Below are positions 30,679-40,222 of a stretch of DNA of 64,000 bases, piece after piece (position 1 is the stretch's first letter; each line of letters starts with the position of its first letter). The stretch is from Verrucomicrobiales bacterium (GTDB lineage Bacteria > Verrucomicrobiota > Verrucomicrobiia > Verrucomicrobiales > SLCJ01), in contig JBJTQJ010000030.1 in NCBI GenBank assembly GCA_046075565.1, forward strand, positions 32,001 to 96,000, in the 5' to 3' direction. The position numbers and the translations under genes were made by a program. The notes under the pieces were generated by a model. That model made no database searches. It was given only the letters and a program-made list of their open reading frames with translations, and had not been told where the DNA came from.

Positions 30679-32485
30679 GACCTCGCCACCCACCGTGGCT
30701 ACGATAGCGATCACCAGCGCGTCGTCGGTGATGTCGGCAAAGCCGGTGTGGCCATCGATAGCGTCGAGGACATGAAAGTTCTCTTCAATGGCATCCCGCT
30801 CGACCGGGTTTCTGTTTCCATGACCATGAATGGGGCGGTCATTCCCGTTCTCGCCTTCTACATCGTCGCCGCCCTCGAACAAGGTTGCACGCTCGACCAA
30901 CTCAGCGGGACCATCCAGAACGACATCCTCAAGGAATTCATGGTGCGGAATACCTACATCTATCCGCCCGCGCCATCCATGCGCATCATCGGCGACATCT
31001 TCTCTTACACCTCGCGCAAGATGCCGAAGTTCAATTCCATTTCCATTTCCGGCTATCACATGCAGGAAGCCGGAGCCACCGCCGACCTCGAAATGGGATA
31101 CACCTTGGCCGATGGACTCGAATACCTGCGCACCGGAACGAACAGCGGACTCGACATCGATGCGTTCGCACGGCGACTCTCCTTCTTCTGGGCCATCGGA
31201 AAGAACTACTTCATGGAAATCGCCAAGATGCGCGCCGCCCGCGTGCTTTGGGCTCGCATCGTGAAAGGATGCAACCCGAAGAAGGCCGGCTCCATGGCCC
31301 TGCGTACGCACTCGCAGACCTCGGGTTGGTCGCTCACCGAACAGGATCCATTCAACAACGTCACCCGCACCGCCATCGAAGCCATGGCTGCCGCTTGCGG
31401 TCATCCCCAATCGTTGCACACCAATGCTCTCGACGAGGCCATCGCCTTGCCGACCGATTTCTCGGCCCGCATCGCGCGCAACACGCAGCTTTTCCTTCAG
31501 GAAGAAACGGGCATCTGCAAGGTGATCGATCCATGGGGTGGCAGTTACTACGTCGAGGCTCTCACCGAAGCCCTCATGAAAAAGGCTTGGGCCCACATCG
31601 AGGAAGTCGAGTCGCTCGGCGGCATGACCAAGGCCATCGAAGAGGGGATTCCGAAACTCCGCATCGAAGAGGCCGCTGCCCGCCGCCAAGCCCGCATCGA
31701 TTCCGGTAAAGAAACCATCGTCGGTCTCAACAAATACCGTCTCGAAAAAGAAGAGCCGCTCGACATCCTCGACATCGACAATAGCGCGGTGCGCGAGAGC
31801 CAAATTAAGCGGCTCAAGGAGGTCAAAGGAAACCGCGACTCCGCCGCGTGCCAAGCAGCGCTCGAAGCGATCACCAAATGCGCCGCCGGGGGCGAGGGCA
31901 ACTTGCTCGAACTCGCGGTCGCCGCCGCCCAAGCCCGTGCCACCCTCGGGGAGATTTCCGACGCCATGGAGAAGGTTTTCGGTCGCTATATAGGCGAAGA
32001 TCCGCTCCATTTCCGGTGTCTACGCCCGTGAATTCGGAACCGACAAAAATATGGAAGCTGTCCAGGAACTGGTGAAAAAATTCGAAGCCACCGAAGGCCG
32101 ACGCCCCCGCATCATGATTGCCAAGATGGGGCAGGACGGTCACGACCGCGGGGCGAAAGTGGTCGCTACCGCCTACGCCGATCTCGGATTCGATGTCGAT
32201 ATCGGACCGCTTTTCCAAACTCCTGAGGAGACCGCCCGCCAGGCGGTCGAAAACGACGTGCATGTCGTGGCCATGAGTTCCCTCGCCGCTGGTCACAAGA
32301 CTCTCCTGCCCGCCCTCGTCGGCGAGTTGAAGAAACACGGCCGCGACGACATCATGGTCGTGTGTGGTGGGGTCATCCCGGCCCAGGATTACGATTTCCT
32401 CCTCGATAACGGAGTCAGCGCGATTTTCGGCCCGGGCACCGTCATCCCGGAGTCCGCCCGCAAGATCCTCGAACTTCTTACCTAG
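30679..32485 (+). pseudogene. scpA: Methylmalonyl-CoA mutase large subunit, 5'-truncated and frameshifted (+1 at ~31991)
   Basis: Begins abruptly at [40 protein letters not shown]12-binding [10 protein letters not shown] lies in the next frame. Confidence 0.92.
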
Positions 32486-32495
32486 GATTAAGATT

Positions 32496-32885
32496 ATGGA
32501 AACACTCAAGTTCCTCATCCAAAGCAAGAAAGCGGACCACCAACAACCACTCGATGTCGTGCGTGGTGCCGTCGAATGGCTGACCACCCAGTTGCGCAAT
32601 GCCGAAGTGCCTTTCCACTACGCCGAGGGCGGATTCGGCCACGGGGTCTATGGCTATTTCCAAGTGAAGGCCCTGCTCAAGGACACGGCCATCACCCTCC
32701 ACATCAAGGTGGCGGAGATCAATGGCAAGGCCTGCGCCTTCTCCGACATCCGCGTGCGCGGCCAACAGGACCGCCTGCTCTTCCCTTTCTTCGGGGAAAT
32801 CTCCGGAGAAGAAGGGCGCTTGGATGTGCTCCATTACATCTGCGATTTCATCCTCAGCACCACGCCGGATGTGACCGCGTTGTGA
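32496..32885 (+). CDS. Hypothetical protein (129 aa)
   Basis: METLKFLIQ..., 10 nt after mutase stop, strong GC3 codon bias. Confidence 0.7.
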   Translation: METLKFLIQSKKADHQQPLDVVRGAVEWLTTQLRNAEVPFHYAEGGFGHGVYGYFQVKALLKDTAITLHIKVAEINGKACAFSDIRVRGQQDRLLFPFFGEISGEEGRLDVLHYICDFILSTTPDVTAL

Positions 32886-32993
32886 AGACCGTCTGAAAGT
32901 TGCCGGACTCTTGAGCTTGCCTGCGCTCCCTGTCTGATGCCCCTTTCCCAAATGGGGAATGTCGTTTATGGTCGCGGCCCGACCGATCTTCGC

Positions 32994-34019
32994 ATGCGAC
33001 TGCTCGTGCTCCAACTCAAACGAATTGGCGATGCCATTCTAACCGCTCCCGCGTTGCGGGCGCTGCGCTCCACTGCGCCCGAGGCGAAGATCACGGTGGT
33101 CTTGCACGGTCCGAGCGGAGGACTGGCCGACCTCTTGCCGGGCGCGGACGAGGTTCTGGTCTGGAAACCGGGCGGCCTGAATTTGGCAATCCTGCGCGCC
33201 ATCGCAGGCGGCGCGTGGGATGCGGTATTGGATTTCACCGGCACGGACCGTTCATTTTTCCTCACCGGGCTCGCGCGGGCGAACCAACGATTCGCTTACG
33301 CCAAGGCGGCGGGATCGAGTTGGTGGAAATCACGCGTCGCGAAGTTTCCGGTCGAGGCTTCGGCGACCGATTTGACCACCGTCGAATACCATTTGGCTCT
33401 GGTGAAGGCATGGGCGGAACAGAACGCTCTTCCCGCAAACTTCGAGAGCGAACCACCTCACCTCAAGCTGCCCAAAACCGAGCGGGCTGAAGATTTTCCT
33501 ACCGAACGGTATGCGGTCATCCACCCCGGCACGGCGCGGGATGAAAAGTATTGGCCGGCGGAACGCTGGGTGGCTGTCGCCCGTTATTTGCAGGCCGCCC
33601 ATGGACTTGACCTCGTGCTCACCGGTTCCCGGGACGAGCGGGAATTCAATCACCTCGCGCCCATCCGGGCGGCGGGTCTACCACTCCGGGATGAAGCGGG
33701 CAAACAGGATCTCGCGGGATCGGCCCGCATTATCGCAGGGGCGGAAATCGTGCTGAGCGTCGATTCGGCCGCCATGCATTTGGCCGGGCAGTTCGGGCGT
33801 CCCCAGATCGCTCTTTTCGGCCCGACCAATCCCTTCCATTGGGCGCCCCGCCACGCCCGGGCGGTCGTGCTCGGCCCCGGCGGACGTCATTTGCGCGCCG
33901 ACGAACTTTCCCCGCGCGGCTATGAGGATGGCCAAATGGAAAGCATTCCGGCGGCCCGGGTGATGGCGGCCATTGATGGTTTGTTGGGGGCTGGAGCCGG
34001 GGGAGAGGAAAACCGTTGA
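32994..34019 (+). CDS. Glycosyltransferase family 9 (heptosyltransferase-like)
   Basis: [14 protein letters not shown]...[18 protein letters not shown]. Confidence 0.92.
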   Translation: MRLLVLQLKRIGDAILTAPALRALRSTAPEAKITVVLHGPSGGLADLLPGADEVLVWKPGGLNLAILRAIAGGAWDAVLDFTGTDRSFFLTGLARANQRFAYAKAAGSSWWKSRVAKFPVEASATDLTTVEYHLALVKAWAEQNALPANFESEPPHLKLPKTERAEDFPTERYAVIHPGTARDEKYWPAERWVAVARYLQAAHGLDLVLTGSRDEREFNHLAPIRAAGLPLRDEAGKQDLAGSARIIAGAEIVLSVDSAAMHLAGQFGRPQIALFGPTNPFHWAPRHARAVVLGPGGRHLRADELSPRGYEDGQMESIPAARVMAAIDGLLGAGAGGEENR

Positions 34020-34144
34020 CCAAACCGCCAACCGGGGCGACGGTTCCGGCCCGCGAATCCGTGGCATCTGGTCCGCCAATCCTTGGCTCCCGGTCCGCAT
34101 TCACGGCTACCAACCGACTCAACCCTAACGGGAAATCATCATCC

Positions 34145-35179
34145 ATGGCAGCGAAAATCTACCGCGACAAAGACGCCGATCTCAAGGTCCTCAAAGGCAA
34201 AACCTGTGCCGTCATCGGCTTCGGATCCCAAGGCCACGCCCACGCCCTCAATTTGAAGGAAAGCGGCGTCAAGGTCATTATCGGCCTCTACAAAAAGAGC
34301 AAATCCATTCCCGTGGCCAAGGCCAAGGGCTTCGATGTCCTCGAAACCGGCGAAGCCGTGAAGAAGGCGGACGTCATCTTCCTGGCCGTGCCCGACACGA
34401 AGATTCCGGAAGTCTATGAAAAAGACGTGGCTCCGAATCTCAAGCCCGGCAAAACACTTCTGTTCTCCCACGGCTTGGCCGTGCACTTCAAACTGATCTC
34501 CGTTCCCGCGCAAGTGAACGTGATCATGGTCGCTCCGAAAGGTCCCGGCCACATCGTGCGCCGCCAGTTCACCGAAGGCAAGGGCGTGCCCAGCCTCATC
34601 GCCATCCATCAGGATGCGACCGGCACGGCGAAGAAAATCGCTCTCGCCTGGGCCAAAGGCATCGGCGGCACCCGCGGTGGTGTTTTTGAAACCAGCTTCA
34701 AGGAAGAAACCGAAACCGACCTTTTCGGCGAACAGTGCGTGCTTTGCGGCGGTGCTTCCGCCCTCGTCAAGGCGGGATTCGAAGTGCTCGTCGAAGCCGG
34801 TTACCAGCCCGAGATGGCCTACTTCGAGTGCTTGCACGAACTCAAGCTCATCGTTGACCTGATGAACGAATCCGGCATTGCCGGGATGCGTTTCTCGATT
34901 TCGGAAACCGCCGAATACGGCGACGTGACCGTCGGACCGAAGATCATCGATGCTTCCGTGAAGAAGCGTATGGCCCAGCAACTCAAGTGCATCCAGAAGG
35001 GTGAATTCGCCCGCGAGTGGATGGCCGAATACAAGGCCGGATGCCCGAACTTCAACCGCATCCGCAAGGAAGAAGCCTCCCATCCGATCGAAGAAACCGG
35101 AGCCCGTCTCCGTTCGCTCATGCCCTGGATCAAGAAGCGCAAGGTGAAGACCGGCGCCGCTCAGGCCAGCTACGAGTAA
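34145..35179 (+). CDS. ilvC: Ketol-acid reductoisomerase
   Basis: [45 protein letters not shown]. Confidence 0.98.
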   Translation: MAAKIYRDKDADLKVLKGKTCAVIGFGSQGHAHALNLKESGVKVIIGLYKKSKSIPVAKAKGFDVLETGEAVKKADVIFLAVPDTKIPEVYEKDVAPNLKPGKTLLFSHGLAVHFKLISVPAQVNVIMVAPKGPGHIVRRQFTEGKGVPSLIAIHQDATGTAKKIALAWAKGIGGTRGGVFETSFKEETETDLFGEQCVLCGGASALVKAGFEVLVEAGYQPEMAYFECLHELKLIVDLMNESGIAGMRFSISETAEYGDVTVGPKIIDASVKKRMAQQLKCIQKGEFAREWMAEYKAGCPNFNRIRKEEASHPIEETGARLRSLMPWIKKRKVKTGAAQASYE

Positions 35180-35186
35180 GCAAACG

Positions 35187-35221
35187 AAAAAGAGGCCGGT
35201 GGAAACACCGGCCTCTTTTTT
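35187..35221. terminator. Bidirectional Rho-independent terminator
   Basis: AAAAAGAGGCCGGTG-GAAA-CACCGGCCTCTTTTTT between convergent genes. Confidence 0.92.
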
Positions 35222-35257
35222 GATCATGGTTGCTGTTCTCAGACGTTCACGAATTCG

Positions 35258-36679
35258 TCACCCGAGAAGATGACGGATCACATCGCCGGAGGAGTAGCCA
35301 TTTTCATCATCGCGTAAGAAGCGGGTGAGATGAACAAGATCATCACCGGCGGTGAGCAGCGGGAGCTCGGGTTCGCCGTTGCGCGTTTGGGCCAGACCAG
35401 CGGTAGCCAGCAGTCCGTTGCAAAGACAAACACGCCCGGGCGTTTCTTCCACTTCGCCACCTTTGCGAGTGTATTGGGCGGGCGGTTCGGCCGGACAACG
35501 GAAAGTGACACCGCCGTCATCGCGGCGATAGGCATGGCGGAGGTAACCGAGGTCGCAGACACGTCCGCGGGCCTGGTAGAGAGCGGGTTCCATGACGGAG
35601 CCGGGCAGCGGGATAATCTTGAAGGGGAATCCGGTTGGCGAGGCCACCGGGTCGGTAAAGACGGTGGCTCGTCCGGCACGGACTTCCTTCAGGATGCGTT
35701 TTTTGAGCGAAGGGGCGATGCCGGATTCGTTGCTGAAGGCAAAGGCGGTTCCCACCTGCACCCCGGCGGCTCCGACGGCGAGTGCTTCCCGGAGTTTCTC
35801 GGGAGTGGCTTGCGAACCAGCCAGCCAAAATGGCAAACCGAGCTCGCGGATCTTCGCCAGATCGGGCACATCGCGCTCGCCGTAGATTGGTTCACCGGTG
35901 GGGCCGAGATTGATGCCGCCACGGGGCGGGGCATTGTGGCCACCAGCCAAGGGTCCTTCCACGACGAAACCTGCCACGCTGCCCGAGGCCTTTTTCGCCA
36001 TGGTCAGGGCAAGGGTGTAGGACGAGATGATAGGAACAAAATTCGGTCTGGCGAGGGTCGGCGGCGTGCCGCCCCAGAATTCCGTTGGATCAAATCGCGT
36101 GTAGAATTCCTCTCCGGGGGCCGCGCCCTCGACATCGATGCGGAGTTTGGCCGCCTGACCGGTGGTGAAGCCGTCGATGATGCCGGGAATCGAGCGGGGG
36201 ATGCCCGCGCCCATGAGCACATAATCAACCCCCGCGAGCATGGCGCCGTAGAGCGAGGGCAGGGTAGGGAGTTGGATTTTTTCGAGGAAATTGATGCCGA
36301 TGAGGCCGGAGTGGCCGGATTTCGCAAGCGTGACTTCGACAAAGTTCCCCAGCACGGTCAATTCGACGAGCGGGCGAGGGGAATCGAGCGAATGCAGGGG
36401 AAGGGTCTGGAAGGGCTGGTCCGCCTTTTTTCCCCCCGCGATAAAGAACCTGTCCCAGATCCGGCTGGCCATTTCCTGGTCGGGAAAGTCGGCCATCGCG
36501 CGTTCCATGTGTCCGCCGGGATCGCCGAGCTGAAGTCGCCGGGCCAACATGACATCAAGCGTGGTGCCGGAGACCACCCCCAGTTGCCCAAGCATGGCCA
36601 CCGATTGGGCCAATAACCAGCCGGAAACACCCACACCCATGCCACCCTGGATAATCTTAGGGGGGAATTCGATTTTCAT
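35258..36679 (-). CDS. Nitronate monooxygenase / 2-nitropropane dioxygenase-like flavoprotein
   Basis: IIQGGMGVGVS, MGAGIP, VVEGPLAGGH, GVQVGTAF. Confidence 0.88.
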   Translation of the reverse strand: MKIEFPPKIIQGGMGVGVSGWLLAQSVAMLGQLGVVSGTTLDVMLARRLQLGDPGGHMERAMADFPDQEMASRIWDRFFIAGGKKADQPFQTLPLHSLDSPRPLVELTVLGNFVEVTLAKSGHSGLIGINFLEKIQLPTLPSLYGAMLAGVDYVLMGAGIPRSIPGIIDGFTTGQAAKLRIDVEGAAPGEEFYTRFDPTEFWGGTPPTLARPNFVPIISSYTLALTMAKKASGSVAGFVVEGPLAGGHNAPPRGGINLGPTGEPIYGERDVPDLAKIRELGLPFWLAGSQATPEKLREALAVGAAGVQVGTAFAFSNESGIAPSLKKRILKEVRAGRATVFTDPVASPTGFPFKIIPLPGSVMEPALYQARGRVCDLGYLRHAYRRDDGGVTFRCPAEPPAQYTRKGGEVEETPGRVCLCNGLLATAGLAQTRNGEPELPLLTAGDDLVHLTRFLRDDENGYSSGDVIRHLLG

Positions 36680-36766
36680 TGTGTTGAACTTCGCATCATG
36701 CAAAACAATCGCAATCAAAATAACGACCCATAGGTCGGAATTGCTTTTGCGAATGTGGATTTCGAC

Positions 36767-36803
36767 AAAAAAAGAACCCCGTCCCGGGATTCCGGAACGG
36801 GGT
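36767..36803 (-). terminator. Rho-independent terminator of the RRM gene
   Basis: Minus strand ACCCCGTTCCGG-AATC-CCGGGACGGGGT-TC-TTTTTTT. Confidence 0.85.
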
Positions 36804-36824
36804 GGGAAGGGGAGTGGGAAAGAA

Positions 36825-37424
36825 TCAGGCTTCGGAGCGGGATTCGTCTTTCGGCTTGGCGCCGGAGACGACCATCTTGCGGCCCATCACTTCCTTGTCG
36901 TGCAGGGTTTCGACGGCGCGTTTGGCTTCATCGACCGAGCCCATTTCGACGAACCCATAGCCTTTGGAGCGCTGGGTGCGGGAATTGGTGACGATTTCCA
37001 CGGACAAGACGCGGCCGACCCCGTTGAAGATTTCCTCGAGATCGGTCTCGCTGGCGTCGTAGCTGAGGTTGCCGATGTAGAGGCGAGGGTTGGTAACCTC
37101 GACGACTTCGGGTTTGCGGGGTTCGCGAGGCGGGCGGGGGGTCCGGGCTTCGGCCGGTCCTTTCGATTGCTGCCGGGCGGGAATGCTCTCGCGGGTGACT
37201 TTGCCCGACGACGGGGCGGCGGCCTTGGCGGGAGCGGTTTTTTTTCCAAGGCCAATCATGCCGAGCAACCGCTGGGCGAGCGATGGCTTTTTGGGGGCAT
37301 GGGATTTGGTGCCGTGGGAATGGTTGGAATGACCGGAATGGGAAGAGCGGCCTGGGCCGCGCTGGTTGCGGTTACGGTTGCGGCGTCGTGGGCCGGATTT
37401 CGAGGTACTGTGGGGCTGTGACAT
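36825..37424 (-). CDS. RNA-binding protein with C-terminal RRM and disordered N-terminus
   Basis: RNP2 LYIGNL, RNP1 KGYGFVEM; Arg-rich and His/Ser-rich N-terminus. Confidence 0.92.
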   Translation of the reverse strand: MSQPHSTSKSGPRRRNRNRNQRGPGRSSHSGHSNHSHGTKSHAPKKPSLAQRLLGMIGLGKKTAPAKAAAPSSGKVTRESIPARQQSKGPAEARTPRPPREPRKPEVVEVTNPRLYIGNLSYDASETDLEEIFNGVGRVLSVEIVTNSRTQRSKGYGFVEMGSVDEAKRAVETLHDKEVMGRKMVVSGAKPKDESRSEA

Positions 37425-37903
37425 GTTTTGGTGCACGTTTTGGCGCTCGCTGGTCGCGGAAGCGGCGCTTTCTGATGTGGGCGGGGCATGGCGGCCGATT
37501 TCCGTGCGTTGGCGAGCCAGTTGCGAGAGAGGCGCGCGAAAGGCGGGGAGAAAATCCCCGGAAATGGACGAAGTCCGGACCAACCACCGGCGGCATCGCG
37601 GCCACTTCCATGGACACTGCGATGGCCGGGCGGTTTTCCCGCTTGGGGAGATCCCGATGGGCGCTTGGAACGACCGACTCAGGTCGTGGGCTCCATGTCC
37701 ATGCGGCATCGGCGACCGGATGACACGCCAGATTTCCTGAATTGGCGGGGTTATCGGTCGCGGTGCGTCCAACGTTGGGCGAGGGAAAGGGCCGCATGGG
37801 GGTTCGGGAGAACTAAGAATCGCACACCGGAAGCCATTTGGGAAGCGAATTCCTGCGCTTGCCAGTTGCGAGACGCCGCAAGCGGGTTAAAATCGCCCGG
37901 TTG

Positions 37904-38887
37904 ATGATACTTTCCCGATTCTTTCAATTTCGCTTCGCCATATTGCTTCTGACGCTGGCGGGGATCATGATTCCAGTCTCCCGCACCCACGCCCAACAGG
38001 CTGGAGCCGCCTCATGGGTGGTGGTGGACACCCATTCCTCCCGAATCCTCATGGAGCAGAATGGGAACAAGCGCCGGTCCGTCGATGGTTTCGCAAGCAT
38101 GGCGACCGCGCTGGTGGCTATCGACTGGGCGCAACGTGCCGGGGTGGATTTGAACGCCAACGCGACCGTGCCCGGTTTCGTCTCCACTGCCGGGGTGGGA
38201 AATCCCATGGGCTTGCAGCCGGGCGATCAAGTTTCACTTCGGGATTTGCTGTATTCCATCGTTCTCGGCGCGGATGATGCGTCCTGCTTGACGATCGCCA
38301 CAAGTGTCGGTCAGGATCTGCTCATGCGGCGCGGACGCCAAGGCGACCCTGTGGGAGAGTTCGTGAAGGAAATGAATTATCTGGCGGCGATGAACTCGAT
38401 GCGAGGCACCCGTTTCCAGACTCCGCATGGAGGCAACTGGGGGCGCACCTCCGGGGGTGTCACCACCACGAACGATCTGGCCCGCCTCGCCATCTATGCC
38501 ATGGCGAATGCTGGCTACCGCTTCTATTCCATGCAAGCGGAGCGCGCCGTCGCGATTTCGCGAGGTGGCGGTGTTTTCCGTTTCCGCATTTCCAACTCGA
38601 ACCGTTATGCCGGTAAGGGTGGCGTGGACGGTGTCAAATCGGTCGCGCGGGCGGCGGGCGGTCCCGGGGCCATTCTCACGTCAAAACGGAATCCCGAAGT
38701 CACCCACCTGCCGGATGGCCGGACCACTCTTTATCCGCGCCGGGTAATCGCGGTGACGGATGGCGCCGCCGATTCGGTCGGTGTGGCATGGCAATTGCTC
38801 AACACGGGATGGCAGGAGTTCGACCGATGGACGGCGCAAGGTCGCCCCATGGAGAATCTCCGCACACTCAGTTCCACCGGTCGTTGA
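37904..38887 (+). CDS. Secreted D-alanyl-D-alanine carboxypeptidase (S11) homologue, catalytic motifs degenerate
   Basis: Signal peptide; LQPGDQVSLRDLLY, FVKEMN, TRFQTPHG, TTTNDLARL, DGVK; no SxxK, SxN or KTG at the expected positions. Confidence 0.8.
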   Translation: MILSRFFQFRFAILLLTLAGIMIPVSRTHAQQAGAASWVVVDTHSSRILMEQNGNKRRSVDGFASMATALVAIDWAQRAGVDLNANATVPGFVSTAGVGNPMGLQPGDQVSLRDLLYSIVLGADDASCLTIATSVGQDLLMRRGRQGDPVGEFVKEMNYLAAMNSMRGTRFQTPHGGNWGRTSGGVTTTNDLARLAIYAMANAGYRFYSMQAERAVAISRGGGVFRFRISNSNRYAGKGGVDGVKSVARAAGGPGAILTSKRNPEVTHLPDGRTTLYPRRVIAVTDGAADSVGVAWQLLNTGWQEFDRWTAQGRPMENLRTLSSTGR

Positions 38888-38919
38888 AACGCGGCCACAC
38901 TCTACACTTCACACTCATC

Positions 38920-39990
38920 ATGAAAATTGGTATTCTCAATAGCGGGGGCGATTGCCCGGGTCTGAACGCGGTCATCCACGGGGTCGTCGGCGCGGCGGCA
39001 AAGTTGGGATGGGAAGTCATTGGTTTCCGCGATGGTTACGAAGGTTTGTTAGGAGAAGGGGATTATTTCCCGCTCGATCTGCACAACACCAACGGCATCG
39101 TGAAACTCGGCGGCACCATCCTGGGCACGACCAACAAAGGGCATTTCGCGGCCAAGGTCGGTGCGGGTGATGTGCTGGAAGTTCCGGCGGAAATTGTCGC
39201 CGAGGCCAAGGCGACCTTCGACCGACTCGGACTTGGCGGGTTGATTATCGTCGGTGGTGATGGATCCCTAACAACAGCCCTGCAACTCCACCGCGAAGGC
39301 TGGCCGGTGGTCGGGGTTCCCAAAACCATCGATAATGATCTCATGGCCACCGCCACGACTTTCGGATTCCACTCCGCGGTCGCCTCGGTGGTCGATGCTC
39401 TGGATCGCCTGCACACGACCGGCACCGCCCACAAACGTATCATGGTGCTCGAGGCCATGGGGCGCCACGCCGGATGGATCGCGCTTTACGGTGGTATCGG
39501 CGGAGACGCCGACGTCATTCTGCTTCCCGAGATCCCTTACGACATGAACAAGGTCGCGCAGGCCGTCAACGAGCAAATTGCAGAGGGCAAAACCGGCCTG
39601 CTCATCGTGGTTGCCGAAGGAGCGAAGCCGAAAGGCGGCACCCAGGTCAAATTGGAACGCAAAGGCCTCGAGGACCGTCTCGGTGGCATCGGTGAACGTG
39701 TGGCGGCGGAGATCGAACAACTCACCGGCCGGGAAACCCGGGTCTGTGTGCTCGGCCACCTCCAGCGCGGTGGTTCGCCCACCTCCCTCGACCGGATTCT
39801 CGGCACCCGTTTCGGTGTCATGGCCGTCCATCTCATCAGGGACAATCAATTCGGCCGCATGGTGAGTTACCAAGCCTATCAGGTCGGGTCCGTTCCCATC
39901 GAACATGCCGTGAACCGCCTCCACCTCGTCGACCCCCAGAGCGAAATCGTGTCGGCCGCGCGTTCGGTCGGGATTTGCCTCGGCGATTGA
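38920..39990 (+). CDS. pfkA: 6-phosphofructokinase (GGDG + PKTIDND type)
   Basis: SGGDCPGLNA, GGTILGT, GGDGS, PKTIDND, MGRHAG, LGHLQRGG. Confidence 0.95.
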   Translation: MKIGILNSGGDCPGLNAVIHGVVGAAAKLGWEVIGFRDGYEGLLGEGDYFPLDLHNTNGIVKLGGTILGTTNKGHFAAKVGAGDVLEVPAEIVAEAKATFDRLGLGGLIIVGGDGSLTTALQLHREGWPVVGVPKTIDNDLMATATTFGFHSAVASVVDALDRLHTTGTAHKRIMVLEAMGRHAGWIALYGGIGGDADVILLPEIPYDMNKVAQAVNEQIAEGKTGLLIVVAEGAKPKGGTQVKLERKGLEDRLGGIGERVAAEIEQLTGRETRVCVLGHLQRGGSPTSLDRILGTRFGVMAVHLIRDNQFGRMVSYQAYQVGSVPIEHAVNRLHLVDPQSEIVSAARSVGICLGD

Positions 39991-40222
39991 GATCGGGCAA
40001 ACCAAATGGATTCGTTTGAATCTCACGCGCTTGCCCGAAGAAGAAACTATCGATGACCGCCGAGGCTCCAGTGCCGAACGCGGTGGTGACCTGCTGGCGT
40101 GGGTTGCTCCGATAGGTCTCCGAGCTTGCTGATCGGCAGGGCCGACCCGGCCACGGTTCCGCTACGCCCGCGGCGCTCTTCCCCGTTGTCATCAGCCGGG
40201 GGTGGTCTACAGTCCCGGCGAC

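Noticed and set aside
30451..32010. 519-aa minus-strand ORF as a novel fusion protein
   Set aside because: It is the mutase antisense frame running into the decarboxylase beta remnant; open antisense frames are common with this codon bias
39993..40040. c-di-GMP-I riboswitch upstream of cstA (GGGCAAACC start)
   Set aside because: Lacks the GAAA tetraloop and CGCAAAG elements; only a generic hairpin (TCGGGCAA...TTGCCCGA)
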